Origin: a virus
Lineage: Duplodnaviria; Caudoviricetes
Reading direction: 5' to 3' (one strand)
Length of the DNA stretch: 64,000 nucleotides
IMG/VR virus record: IMGVR_UViG_3300025723_000013
Part shown: positions 1-9,825 of the stretch, in pieces
Layout: every line of letters starts with the position of its first letter
Position numbering within the stretch: the stretch's first letter is position 1
The notes under the pieces: model-generated
Database searches by the model: none
What the model saw: only the letters and a program-made list of their open reading frames with translations
What the model was told of the DNA's origin: nothing
Position numbers and translations under genes: made by a program

Positions 1-1
1 A

Positions 2-2056
2 TTCATTGATAGGATCGTCTGGCGAAATGTATGCATCTGCAACATCGGATTTGTCAATATTTTCCGAGGTGATTTTATACTGTTTTAGAAATCTCTGCGA
101 TTCGTTGAGTATATTTTTTCCTTTATCACTTTGTGCGGTATCTTCCGACATGCCTTGATTTTTGGGTTTTTTATGATGCTTTTTCATATTGATAGCAATC
201 GCAGCCTGCTGTGCCGGACTGCTGGCTTCTTTGGTGGCAACGTTAATTGCTTTACCCTTGCGCTCAGGATTGGGATCTTGGTCACGTTTTCTCTTAGCAG
301 CGGATGCACGCCCTTTTGGCCCCAAACTGTGTGCCTTGCTTTGGGGCAGACATTTGGGCTTGCCTTCGCTGCTGCTGCCTCTAGCGCAGTCACCGCGAAT
401 TTTTCCATCGGGTCCAAATCGGACCCATTTGTCTTTGAACCATTGATGCAAATTTTCATCTAAATTTTTACGATTAATTTCTGTACTTTCGTTTTTGGTT
501 CCCCAGTTTTTAGCGCCTTTCTTGCGGCACTTGACCAAAGCACCGCTGGCATACGCACTGGGCCAAACTTTGTATCGACTTTTGACCTTGTAATAGCAGG
601 CATCTTGTTTTTCATGCAGCATTGTTTCGGGATACATAGCATCCCCGCACTCTGGACATTGTTCCACTTTATGCAGTGTTGTGTTGCCGTGTGTTTCGCA
701 CATGCCACAATCGGGACAAGTCATTTCCATTTCTATGCTTTCCGAGTGTTTTTTCTTACCTGCACAATGAGCTTTTTGACTGAATCCTTTGGGATGACTG
801 CAATTGATACTGCGTTTGTATTTTTGACTCCATTTTTCTTCAAGTGTTTCTACATTTTCATTATAGTGATCATATTTGTCGCGTATATTATCTAATCGCT
901 TTTCACTTGCACCTTCTCTGCCAGCTTTGGCCAATGCCTTCATGCCTTTCTTGCCGTATTTCATTATGCCTTTAGCAGCTCGACTCATGGATCCTTCGTC
1001 GACTTCTTTTTTGTCGGTTAAAGGACCGCCAGTTACCCAGGCATCGCATGTTCTACGACTGGCGCATTTGAATTTTAAAAATCTGCAATAGCCCAAATCG
1101 CCTGCATCTATGGTGGGATCTTTGGATCCTTGAGTTGATCCTATGCCTTTGGCGATACAATCTAGGGTGGCTTTGCGTTGATCAAATGCTGCGCAGTTGC
1201 CGCATAAACTTTGCTTGGCTTCATCTGGTGAATCCAAATTCCACTCTTCCACTTTCATCATCCAAAATTTCTTGTTAGGAAGATCTGGATTGAGCGGACC
1301 ATAACCGTATTGATCTATGGCTTTTTGTCTATTCTCAAGATTAATGGATATATCCTGTGTGGCAGGAGGACATTTATTTTCAGTGGCCTCGGTTACCTTT
1401 TGCTGTTTAATCCAGTTGTCTGGAACTGCATGATGCTTTTTGACAAAATCGTCATGCAATTTATCTCCAGTGAGATGGTATTTGTGACATATATTTTGCA
1501 TTATCTTATCTATTCTACTATAGCTTAGTTTTTCATTTGCATCTTTAGCTGCTAATAATGCTTTTTCTAATGCATTAACAGCTCCGGGCTTTTCTGCTCC
1601 TGATGCATGTTTAGGATTCATGATATCTTCATCTCTATCCTCTGGGATTCCCTTGGATAGATCTACATATTTGTTTTTTTTACTTTGACCCATGACGTTG
1701 ACTTTGTTAGGAAATTTGTCTGAAAATTCATCTTTAACAGGAAACCAAAACATCCTTGCAGGGTGAGGATCTCCTCGTGTAGCTTCAGCAGGATCTCCTT
1801 CGTCAAGTGCTTGAGACATTTCAGCGGTTTTCTTTTCTAACAATGCGATCATTTTGGCCATTTCTACCTCTAATGATTCCTCAAGATTGACATAACGATC
1901 AGGAGTTTTGGCATTTTCTAAACGATAATGGCCGCCGTTGACTGGTCCTCTATTGTACGGACTATCTGGCATGGAAGGAGGAGACATTTGAGACTGACCA
2001 ACTTCCTTGATCTTTTTTTCTTTTTTTGTTCTGTTTTTTTGAGATTTATTACTCAT
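2..2056 (-). CDS. Large cassette-like phage protein (>685 aa, 3' end beyond window); string of short Cys/Lys-rich modules separated by (L/V)xE motifs
   Basis: Hand-translated open frame from ATG at 2056 (MSNKSQKNR...) to the window edge; absent from the ORF track because there is no stop. Modules include KCPPATQDI...CGNCAAF...CDAW, KWSQKYKRSINCSHPKGFSQKAHCAG, KQDACYYKVKSRYKVWPSAYASGALVKCRKKGAKNWG and NLHQWFKDKWVRFGPDGKIRGDCARG. Confidence 0.85.
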   Translation of the reverse strand, partial: MSNKSQKNRTKKEKKIKEVGQSQMSPPSMPDSPYNRGPVNGGHYRLENAKTPDRYVNLEESLEVEMAKMIALLEKKTAEMSQALDEGDPAEATRGDPHPARMFWFPVKDEFSDKFPNKVNVMGQSKKNKYVDLSKGIPEDRDEDIMNPKHASGAEKPGAVNALEKALLAAKDANEKLSYSRIDKIMQNICHKYHLTGDKLHDDFVKKHHAVPDNWIKQQKVTEATENKCPPATQDISINLENRQKAIDQYGYGPLNPDLPNKKFWMMKVEEWNLDSPDEAKQSLCGNCAAFDQRKATLDCIAKGIGSTQGSKDPTIDAGDLGYCRFLKFKCASRRTCDAWVTGGPLTDKKEVDEGSMSRAAKGIMKYGKKGMKALAKAGREGASEKRLDNIRDKYDHYNENVETLEEKWSQKYKRSINCSHPKGFSQKAHCAGKKKHSESIEMEMTCPDCGMCETHGNTTLHKVEQCPECGDAMYPETMLHEKQDACYYKVKSRYKVWPSAYASGALVKCRKKGAKNWGTKNESTEINRKNLDENLHQWFKDKWVRFGPDGKIRGDCARGSSSEGKPKCLPQSKAHSLGPKGRASAAKRKRDQDPNPERKGKAINVATKEASSPAQQAAIAINMKKHHKKPKNQGMSEDTAQSDKGKNILNESQRFLKQYKITSENIDKSDVADAYISPDDPINE

Positions 2057-2059
2057 TTT

Positions 2060-2476
2060 TTATAATCCTAGATCGTATTCGCCTTTGGCGATATCTTCGT
2101 GATGTTGATCAGCTAATCTTTTGCAAAGTTCCAATCGCATTTCTCGAGTGAACAAATCATCCGGATGTCCTTGCAATTGACTTTTTTTATAAAATTCTTT
2201 GCAGCCTGCCTTGACCATGGGCATCCATTTTTTGACATAATCGCCGTGATTGAATTCTTTGTTTTTTTGTTTACTATAGATTTCTTGTGCCAGCGGCATA
2301 AAATGTTCTTTATGTAAGTCGTCGTTATCCAAAATAAACCAATATAGTTCATCCATAAGATGTTCGTCGGCAATTTTGGTTTTTCCGTTTAGATCATCAC
2401 GTGGATCGTGGTTATCTTTGGATTTTTTAACTTGATGCTTGGTATCTATATTACCAAAAAATTCATTTAGATTCAT
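2060..2476 (-). CDS. Hypothetical protein (MNLNEFFG... start)
   Basis: ORF 2060..2569; ATG at 2476 follows the stop of the upstream gene (2484) and avoids an 85-bp overlap. Confidence 0.75.
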   Translation of the reverse strand: MNLNEFFGNIDTKHQVKKSKDNHDPRDDLNGKTKIADEHLMDELYWFILDNDDLHKEHFMPLAQEIYSKQKNKEFNHGDYVKKWMPMVKAGCKEFYKKSQLQGHPDDLFTREMRLELCKRLADQHHEDIAKGEYDLGL

Positions 2477-2483
2477 ATAGTTC

Positions 2484-2906
2484 TCACTTGTCACATTTTC
2501 CGCAGCACTGTGGAGTTCCGCAATTTTCATGCACACTTTCGCGAAGATCTGTGTCGTGTAATTGTTCAAGTTGATTGTGTATTTCTCTCAGTTCTTCTTT
2601 GAAAACCTCGTCCAATCTATATATTTCCGCTTCCAAACTGTTAGTGATATTTCTTATTTGATCAGATTGATCGATAAATTTATATTCTTCTAGTCCAACT
2701 TGTGCACCAATTTTTTTAACATTGGCAACAATGTCTGTTGGAACGGTATAATATCTAATTTCTTTAATAACAGATTTAGCGCGATTTCTAGCATCGGTTA
2801 TATCGCTAACTCTTTTTTCTAATTCTCTAATCTGTTTTTTAGTTTCGGAAAGAGCCTCGGAAACGACAGGTTTTGATTCTTTTAATTTTAAATCACGCAT
2901 CTTCAT
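2484..2906 (-). CDS. Hypothetical coiled-coil protein, late-expressed
   Basis: ORF; ATG at 2906; CATAAATA late-promoter motif at 2930-2937. Confidence 0.7.
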   Translation of the reverse strand: MKMRDLKLKESKPVVSEALSETKKQIRELEKRVSDITDARNRAKSVIKEIRYYTVPTDIVANVKKIGAQVGLEEYKFIDQSDQIRNITNSLEAEIYRLDEVFKEELREIHNQLEQLHDTDLRESVHENCGTPQCCGKCDK

Positions 2907-2957
2907 AAAATACTCCAACGATTTTGTAGTATTTATGTGATTAGATTGGTTAGCAAA

Positions 2958-3410
2958 CTAGTGATTGTAATTGATAAATTCTACCGTACCATTGGGTTGA
3001 TCGGTAGTTCGATTGACCACAGCGCGTACCCAAACAAAATTGCCTGTAAAATTAACATAATTGGTAGTGGTGGTAGCGGGAATAATGGGATAAAGATAGG
3101 TCACAGCGGTATTTGTAACCGGAAACCAATCACTGGGACCAGGCAAAGTGGCCAATGTGGCCTGCATACTCAATGTGCCTGCAAAGTTGGGAGTAACGGT
3201 GTATGTTACGGTGTGTAATCCGTCAGCCATGCTGTAGTATCCGTCGCCGTGTTGCGGAATCGAATAAAAATTGGTTGAACCGTCAGCAGCATAGTATGCA
3301 GAAGGAATAGCTACAGAAGTAGCTGTCAAATATGAAGGCTGCATGGGAGGAACACAGGTTGCTGTTCCTAGCATAATCACAAATTGAAATTGAGAACTTA
3401 GTGCTGTCAT
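2958..3410 (-). CDS. Conserved hypothetical, probably structural beta-rich protein
   Basis: 150 aa ORF with GDGYY..DGLHTV...QATLA...DWF...NFTGNFVWVRA pattern; late promoter directly upstream. Confidence 0.7.
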   Translation of the reverse strand: MTALSSQFQFVIMLGTATCVPPMQPSYLTATSVAIPSAYYAADGSTNFYSIPQHGDGYYSMADGLHTVTYTVTPNFAGTLSMQATLATLPGPSDWFPVTNTAVTYLYPIIPATTTTNYVNFTGNFVWVRAVVNRTTDQPNGTVEFINYNH

Positions 3411-3411
3411 G

Positions 3412-4053
3412 TCAAGTATTTATGCTACTTCTCAGTATATACTCTTCAATTTTTTTAAGATTGTCCCCTAGATACATACTTACTAGTGACAGCATGGCTC
3501 CGTCGCTGACATATAAAAAAGGATTTTGAGTCCAAAAAACACTACCTTGAAGCCATTGTTCACTGATTCTTGATACATTTAATTTGCTTTGATCATAACG
3601 ATTCAACCATTCTAAAAATAAACGTCTGGTCTCCAATTTCATATTAATTTTAATATATATTTTATACTGATAGATATTTTTAGGATATCTATCGCATACA
3701 ATTTTTTTAGTTCCATTGGCCAATAAAAAATCAAATTCTTTTTGACTATTGGGTCTATGAACCGTTAGGATATAAGTATTCAAATCTCTAATAATTTTTT
3801 CAAGTAAGGATTCATCGTTGCAAAAAATACTGCAAAAATGTCCTTCATTGCGGATTTGCACGTCTTTGTTGATAAATTTATCCAATAGAAATCTAAATTT
3901 AATCAAATACGGAGTTTTATTGGCAGTAGACGAAGACAGTAAAAGTTTTTCGTAACCAATGCTCTGGCGTAGTTCTTGAAGCTTATAACATTCCACTTTA
4001 TAAACCCATTTTTTATAAAATAGCTTATTGGTTTTCAGATTCTTGATCGTCAT
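3412..4053 (-). CDS. Hypothetical protein
   Basis: 213 aa ORF overlapping the end of clpA. Confidence 0.75.
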   Translation of the reverse strand: MTIKNLKTNKLFYKKWVYKVECYKLQELRQSIGYEKLLLSSSTANKTPYLIKFRFLLDKFINKDVQIRNEGHFCSIFCNDESLLEKIIRDLNTYILTVHRPNSQKEFDFLLANGTKKIVCDRYPKNIYQYKIYIKINMKLETRRLFLEWLNRYDQSKLNVSRISEQWLQGSVFWTQNPFLYVSDGAMLSLVSMYLGDNLKKIEEYILRSSINT

Positions 4054-6301
4054 TGGCCTCTACTTGTTTAACTAAAAGAACATCAACATATTTCAGGATT
4101 AATTCATCTTCCGCAGAATCTACCTCAACCACTCCTCCGTTGGTTAATTTTCCAAACAAAATTTCCTTGCTGAGCGGCTTCTTGATATGCTCGTCGATCA
4201 CACGCTGCAATGGTCTAGCACCCATTTTACTGTTAAATCCTTTCTTGACAAGAAATTCAGTTGCTTCATTAGTGAGTTGTACAAAAACATTACGATCTTT
4301 GATCAAACTATTAAGATCATTAATAAACTTCTTGATGACCTTGATCATGGTGGCATGATCCAACTTACCAAATTTGATTATACCATCTAACCGATTACGG
4401 AATTCGGGTGCAAAAAATCTATTGACAGCATCTTTAGGATCACTGTCTCGTTCTAGACTACCGAAGCCTACTGAATTTTTCTCCGCGTCTGCTGCTCCTA
4501 AATTGCTGGTCATGATGATAATAGCGTTTCTTCCATCGGCCTTCTTGCCATTGCTGCCGGTTACAAATCCATTATCCATCAGCTGAAGTAGTACTGTCAA
4601 CACACCGGGATGAGCCTTTTCAACTTCGTCAAACAACAAAATGCCATTTGGATGCTCTTGTAACTTGGTAATCAATTGACCTGCATTGTCCTCAAAGCCC
4701 ACATATCCTGGAGGACTGCCTATAAATTTTGCCACAGAATGCTGTTCTTGGTATTCGCTCATGTCAAATCGTATTAATTCAACACCCATATTGGCAGACA
4801 ATTGTTTGGCTGCCTCGGTTTTACCTACTCCGGTTGGACCAACAAACAAAAAATTACCCACTGGACGATTGATAGATTTTAATCCAGCCTGGGCTATAAA
4901 AATCTTATCCAAAAGTGCTTCAATGGCGCTTTCTTGTCCGTAAACCTTTGATCTCATATTTTTTTCAAGATCTCTTAGATTGTTGTTTTCCTTGGCAGCG
5001 ATTTGATCTAATGGTAAACCTGTAGCTTTAGCCACTTCGAACACGATTTCGTCATGATCCACTAAACCGTTTTCTTCGTCTCGCAACTTAAATCTTGCAC
5101 TGGCACAGTCAATAAGATCCAGCGCCTTATCGGGCAATTTCTTATCACTGATGTATTTGATACTGTACTTGACACTGTCTATGACAGCTTGCTTGGTAAT
5201 TTTTACATTGTGATGTTTTTCGTAGTATTTTTTCACTCCGCTTACAATTTTGATAGCTGTAGATTCGTCGGGTTCGTTTATAACCACACGCTGGAATCGG
5301 CGCATCAAGGCACGATCTTTTTCAAAATGCTTACGAAACTCTTCCCAAGTAGTACTAGCAATTACCTTGATACCGCCTTTGGACAACGCCGGCTTGAGCA
5401 TGTTGCTCATGTCATTGCTGCCGCCACTGACCGCACCAGCACCGCTCATCATATGTGCTTCGTCAATGAACAAAATACAGTTTTTCTTCTTTTCAAGAGC
5501 AGCTAGAACATTTTTTAAACGTTCCTCAAAGTCGCCGCGATATTTGCTTCCAGCCAACATTGAAGAAATATCCAAAGAATATACCGAATGATTTTGTATG
5601 AATTTGGGAACATTACCTTCAACTATTTTTTTAGCAACTCCTTCAGCAATGGCAGTTTTTCCCACGCCCGGATCACCAATTAGCATCACGTTGCTTTTGG
5701 TTCGGCGCGCTAAAATAAGTGTGAGATCTTCGATTTCTTTTTCTCGACCAATAACTGGATCAATTTGTTTGTTTTTGGCCTTAGAAGTTAGATTCACACA
5801 ATACTGCACTAGAAACTTTTCCAGCTGTCGTTCATTTGATTCAATGGCTTCTTTTTCTTCGATAATGCTGCCATCTTTCACGATAAATTCTAAAAACTTG
5901 TCTTTTTCGATGCCGGCTTTGCGCATAAAATAATTTGCATGACTGTTTTTTTCCGAAAACAAACTTATCAAGCAATCTACCGGTTCAATCTGCTGCCGGC
6001 CACTGAACAACACCTGTGTAAATGCTCGATTTAACATTCTTTCTACAGTATTGGTCTTTCTTGGTTTTTCACCTCCAACCAATGTGGAAATCTCTAAAAG
6101 TTCACTGGTGATATATTTTTCTAAATTGGATCTTAGATCCACAACATCGGCACCATATGTAATCAACATATCGGAAAAAGCTTCGTTAGAAATCATGCCG
6201 TATAAAAAGTGCTCGAGAGTGATGTATTCATGATTATTTTGAACAGCCAGCAAAATTGATTGCTCAAACATCTCAGATAAATCTTTATTTGGTTCTAGCA
6301 T
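4025..6301 (-). CDS. clpA: ATP-dependent Clp protease ATP-binding subunit ClpA
   Basis: Clp N-domain, two AAA+ modules (GDPGVGKT/FIDEAH and GPTGVGKT/LFDEVEKAH), VGF ClpP-docking loop, MGARPLQR. Confidence 0.95.
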   Translation of the reverse strand: MLEPNKDLSEMFEQSILLAVQNNHEYITLEHFLYGMISNEAFSDMLITYGADVVDLRSNLEKYITSELLEISTLVGGEKPRKTNTVERMLNRAFTQVLFSGRQQIEPVDCLISLFSEKNSHANYFMRKAGIEKDKFLEFIVKDGSIIEEKEAIESNERQLEKFLVQYCVNLTSKAKNKQIDPVIGREKEIEDLTLILARRTKSNVMLIGDPGVGKTAIAEGVAKKIVEGNVPKFIQNHSVYSLDISSMLAGSKYRGDFEERLKNVLAALEKKKNCILFIDEAHMMSGAGAVSGGSNDMSNMLKPALSKGGIKVIASTTWEEFRKHFEKDRALMRRFQRVVINEPDESTAIKIVSGVKKYYEKHHNVKITKQAVIDSVKYSIKYISDKKLPDKALDLIDCASARFKLRDEENGLVDHDEIVFEVAKATGLPLDQIAAKENNNLRDLEKNMRSKVYGQESAIEALLDKIFIAQAGLKSINRPVGNFLFVGPTGVGKTEAAKQLSANMGVELIRFDMSEYQEQHSVAKFIGSPPGYVGFEDNAGQLITKLQEHPNGILLFDEVEKAHPGVLTVLLQLMDNGFVTGSNGKKADGRNAIIIMTSNLGAADAEKNSVGFGSLERDSDPKDAVNRFFAPEFRNRLDGIIKFGKLDHATMIKVIKKFINDLNSLIKDRNVFVQLTNEATEFLVKKGFNSKMGARPLQRVIDEHIKKPLSKEILFGKLTNGGVVEVDSAEDELILKYVDVLLVKQVEANDDQESENQ

Positions 6302-6798
6302 TATCCCATCCTTTGTAAACGTTTTTTAACGGCCAACGACCATTTGAGATCACTTGCACGATCTTGAAATGTTATACCTTCCAAGTGATCTAATTCATGA
6401 AGAAAGCATTTACAATCGTAATTGCGGAATTCACTTTCTTCCCATTCTCCTTTGACATTTTGCCAGCGTGCCTTGATGGCCACTGGTCTTTTAATTTTAA
6501 CATAGATATCAGGAAAGCTCAAACATCCTTCATCCAGGTCCGCTATGTCGTCGGTATTGGCAATTACCAAGGGATTAAACAAGGCAAAACCTTTGTCCGG
6601 TGCTGACGGATTGCCCATCACAAACATTCTTATGCGTTTTCCAACTTGATTGGCGCTGAGTCCGATACCTTCGTGCGCGTACATGGTTTCCAACATTGCT
6701 TTTTCCAATTGAACAGGATCTTCTGTGGGATTGGAGAAATCAAATTCTGGCATTTTTTCCCTTAGGATAGGATCTGGAAATTTTATTATTTTTAACAT
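6301..6798 (-). CDS. def: Peptide deformylase
   Basis: GIGLSANQVG, EGCLS and HELDHLEG motifs. Confidence 0.97.
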   Translation of the reverse strand: MLKIIKFPDPILREKMPEFDFSNPTEDPVQLEKAMLETMYAHEGIGLSANQVGKRIRMFVMGNPSAPDKGFALFNPLVIANTDDIADLDEGCLSFPDIYVKIKRPVAIKARWQNVKGEWEESEFRNYDCKCFLHELDHLEGITFQDRASDLKWSLAVKKRLQRMG

Positions 6799-6806
6799 AC
6801 TGATAT

Positions 6807-7631
6807 TTAATTCCTTAGCTGTCTAACCAATTCCTTTTGATCATCAGTCAAATTGGTAGGAACCGTGAGATTAATTTTCAAAATCAAACGTCCCTTGAAT
6901 CTTTGATCATTGATGTTGGGCATGCCCTGGCCCTGAGCACTGAGTAAAGTGCCATGCTGTGTGCCAGGAGCGATGTTGATGTTTAAGATTCTATCATCAA
7001 TTGTGTTCACAGGCATGATTGTACCTAGAATGGCGTCAAATACCGATATGTTGACTTCTTTGATCAAATCATCGCCTTGACGGGCGAACACTGGGTGAGG
7101 TTGTACCTGCACAGTGAGATGTACATCTCCTCTAGGAAGATGTTGGAACATGTCATCACCTATTTCCTTCAATCTCAGAGTATTCCCGTCATTTACTCCG
7201 GCAGGAATTTTTACGTTTATAATTTGCTCTCGTCCGCTAGGTAGAGAGATATTGGCCACTAATTCTTTGCCTCTATAAGCTTCTTCCAGCGTGATGCTGG
7301 TTTGTAAATTCAATGTTCTATTGCGTTGTGGCTGCTGCTGTTGACCAAACATGTTTCCAAATGGACTATGACCACCAAAGGCATGAGAAAAAATATCCTC
7401 AAAGCCTGGTGGAAATCCGCCTCTTTGAAACTGAGGTTGCGGATTATCATATTGTTGTCTTTTTTGTGGGTCACTGAGAACTGCATAAGCCTCTTGGACC
7501 TTTTGAAATTCAGATTGATCGCCGCCTCTGTCAGGATGGTGCCTCATGGCCAGTTTACGATAGGCTTTTTTTATATCCTCTTCTGAGGCGTTTTTTTCAA
7601 CACCCAATGTCTGATAATGACTCATACTCAC
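6807..7631 (-). CDS. dnaJ: DnaJ-class (CbpA-like, no zinc finger) co-chaperone
   Basis: J domain with HPD, G/F-rich linker, C-terminal DnaJ_C (VKIPAGV, GDVHLTV, GQGMP). Confidence 0.93.
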   Translation of the reverse strand: MSMSHYQTLGVEKNASEEDIKKAYRKLAMRHHPDRGGDQSEFQKVQEAYAVLSDPQKRQQYDNPQPQFQRGGFPPGFEDIFSHAFGGHSPFGNMFGQQQQPQRNRTLNLQTSITLEEAYRGKELVANISLPSGREQIINVKIPAGVNDGNTLRLKEIGDDMFQHLPRGDVHLTVQVQPHPVFARQGDDLIKEVNISVFDAILGTIMPVNTIDDRILNINIAPGTQHGTLLSAQGQGMPNINDQRFKGRLILKINLTVPTNLTDDQKELVRQLRN

Positions 7632-7653
7632 CTATAATATTGTTATGATAACA

Positions 7654-7682
7654 ATTATAATTTATTTTAGAATAAATGTCAA
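7654..7682 (-). promoter_or_regulatory. sigma70 promoter for dnaJ-def-clpA
   Basis: TTGACA-17 nt-TATAAT perfect consensus. Confidence 0.85.
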
Positions 7683-7687
7683 ATCAG

Positions 7688-8212
7688 TTATTGCGGATGA
7701 TCAAACGACGGCGGTGGAGCTTTTTTTCCATTAAACCCGATCACAACCGTTGCCGATGATGTGGTTACTGTGGCAAGTGGAGGGGTGACTGTAGGCGGCT
7801 CAGGCGCCGCTGCTGGAGCAGGTGTATTAGGTGGCGTAGGCACAGTGGCAGTGATTGGCTGCGTGGGAGGTTGATAGGCGGTTCCTACTCCTGGTCCATA
7901 TCCTGGACCAAAAATTGCTGACGGATTGGTCGGTGGCAAATCTGTAGGATCTATTCCACTTATTTTTTCTCTGGTTCGCCCATATGATGTAACACCCACA
8001 ATGGCTCCCATCGCCAAATGGAATAATCCTGCTCCTTGGAGAGTCAAAGGTTGCCACTGAGAGTTGATAGCTCCTTTAAAATATGCTTGTAAACCACTCC
8101 AAAATATGGGAGCTATTATAAAATCAAAAATGCAAACCCCAAAGTACATCCACCCCATCATGGGTCGCCAGTGCGAATGTACCCAGTGTGTTTTTTTTGC
8201 TTTGTCGTCCAT
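7688..8212 (-). CDS. Holin-like membrane protein (3TM holin type) with Pro/Thr-rich tail
   Basis: WRPMMGWMY..CIFDF..WQPLTLQGAGLFHLAMGA pattern, hydrophobic helices, adjacent to endolysin. Confidence 0.7.
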   Translation of the reverse strand: MDDKAKKTHWVHSHWRPMMGWMYFGVCIFDFIIAPIFWSGLQAYFKGAINSQWQPLTLQGAGLFHLAMGAIVGVTSYGRTREKISGIDPTDLPPTNPSAIFGPGYGPGVGTAYQPPTQPITATVPTPPNTPAPAAAPEPPTVTPPLATVTTSSATVVIGFNGKKAPPPSFDHPQ

Positions 8213-8215
8213 ATT

Positions 8216-8836
8216 TTATGATAGTATCGACATTGCTCGCTGATACCTTTCGGTACGATCGGCTATACCGATAATTCCTCCATTTATAAGTTTTGTCATT
8301 TTTTCTACATTGCCTGCATCTGCGGCGCTATTGATATTGCGTGTTTTCCAAAACCAACAAGCGCTTTGTAGGGCTCCTTCAAAAGTAGCAAGATATTCGG
8401 GCATGTCATCAATATTCATTTTGAGACTATCTGCCAATGATTGATAATTTGATCGACCTGTTATCTGTATAAGGCCTCTGCCACAGAATCTATATCCGTC
8501 ACCGCTGTTTTCGGAACCATTTCCCAAACGATTGGCATAAACGTTATTGGCAATGGCTTGAGCATTGTGTGCATACTGTGTGGCAATTTCCATGTTAGGA
8601 AAATGTCTAGGCCACACTTTGATCAAGGTAGCAGCTTTATAATTTAAATTTTCTTTTATTAAATTAAACTCACTGCTTTCATGAGCACACTGTGATAAAA
8701 AACCAGCCAATCGCAATGGCGAGTTGATCTCATAAGATGGCAATAGTTGAGTCATGACTTCGTACCATTCATGTACAAATTTGTTACTAGGAATGATTTG
8801 AGCCAACTGATCTTGACTTAAAATTAGATCATCCAT
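8216..8836 (-). CDS. Glycoside hydrolase family 19 endolysin
   Basis: FLSQCAHES, ENLNY, GDGYRFCGRGLIQITGRSNY, TKLINGG motifs; TAAATAC upstream. Confidence 0.92.
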   Translation of the reverse strand: MDDLILSQDQLAQIIPSNKFVHEWYEVMTQLLPSYEINSPLRLAGFLSQCAHESSEFNLIKENLNYKAATLIKVWPRHFPNMEIATQYAHNAQAIANNVYANRLGNGSENSGDGYRFCGRGLIQITGRSNYQSLADSLKMNIDDMPEYLATFEGALQSACWFWKTRNINSAADAGNVEKMTKLINGGIIGIADRTERYQRAMSILS

Positions 8837-8894
8837 ATGAATACCTTATTAACAAAGTATTTAATGGATTGTTTTTGCTTATTAAGTAGTCAGT

Positions 8895-9170
8895 TTAAGG
8901 TAAAACACCGTATATTGCTATAATGGTATTGAGAATGCTGTTGACCTTTAACACTTCGGAGATTTCATCGGCATCATGTTGAATGTTTAGTTTTCTCTGT
9001 GTATCTTTTACCAATTCTAAATATTCAGCGGCAGTAATCGAGCCTGCATTAACCATGTCCGTGTACTGTTTCAACGACTGAGCCACACTGACTATATTGG
9101 GATTTTGACTGGATACATCGGACAGCAAGTTTTGAATAGTTTGTGTATTTTTTAAATCTTGTATACTCAT
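8895..9170 (-). CDS. Hypothetical protein in lysis cassette
   Basis: 91 aa ORF, overlap-coupled to upstream lipoprotein. Confidence 0.7.
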   Translation of the reverse strand: MSIQDLKNTQTIQNLLSDVSSQNPNIVSVAQSLKQYTDMVNAGSITAAEYLELVKDTQRKLNIQHDADEISEVLKVNSILNTIIAIYGVLP

Positions 9171-9562
9171 TTTGGTTCACTTCCGATAATTTTTTGTATT
9201 ATTTCTGCACTTTGCTGGATATTTTCAAATTTTATCCTGCAAAATGTTGTACTTACTTTTCCTGTTTGATATTGATCATTAAGCCCTTTTGCTATACTGG
9301 ACAATTCAGACGAAGCATCTGCAATTTTTCCAACATGAGGAAGATATTGTACATAGTTTTTAAAGGACACAGTGTTAGCATATATCTGATTTGCTTGCGC
9401 CGCAGCATAAGACGTATCTTCACATTTTGTCTTGGCTATTTCAGCAGAAGTCCTGATGTCGGATATGGAACGATATTGATTCAAATCAAATTTTATTTGA
9501 TATTCGTCGATCAGTGTGCATGCGTTTACAAAAAAAACCAATAAAAAAATTATTTTTTTCAT
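9167..9562 (-). CDS. Lipoprotein in lysis cassette
   Basis: MKK + hydrophobic stretch + VNAC lipobox. Confidence 0.7.
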   Translation of the reverse strand: MKKIIFLLVFFVNACTLIDEYQIKFDLNQYRSISDIRTSAEIAKTKCEDTSYAAAQANQIYANTVSFKNYVQYLPHVGKIADASSELSSIAKGLNDQYQTGKVSTTFCRIKFENIQQSAEIIQKIIGSEPK

Positions 9563-9825
9563 TTGACTGACTCAAATATTTTCTTTTGACTAGAATACCA
9601 ATCGATCCATTCATTTAATTTGATTTGACATTCGTGATATTGTCCATAATTGCCTGACACCACAACAAGCACATCGCTTAATTTGGTAGTTTTTGTGTCC
9701 AATGATTGTAAATCCGGGCAAGGCTGCATTAGTATCGACGGAGCTTCAGGGAATTTTCTTTCAATGGGCACAAATTGAGCGCATCCGGTCAACCCTACAA
9801 ATAGAAATAAAATAAGTTTTTTCAT
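9559..9825 (-). CDS. o-spanin (Rz1-like) outer-membrane lipoprotein
   Basis: LTGC lipobox, Pro-rich FPEAP..LMQPCPDL, Y..YHEC, follows i-spanin. Confidence 0.8.
   Translation of the reverse strand: MKKLILFLFVGLTGCAQFVPIERKFPEAPSILMQPCPDLQSLDTKTTKLSDVLVVVSGNYGQYHECQIKLNEWIDWYSSQKKIFESVK

Noticed and set aside
131-1528. Short track ORFs (131..463, 184..459, 189..446, 460..708, 605..895, 876..1091, 1310..1528)
   Set aside because: Shadow frames of the long minus-strand ORF 2..2056, which is open throughout
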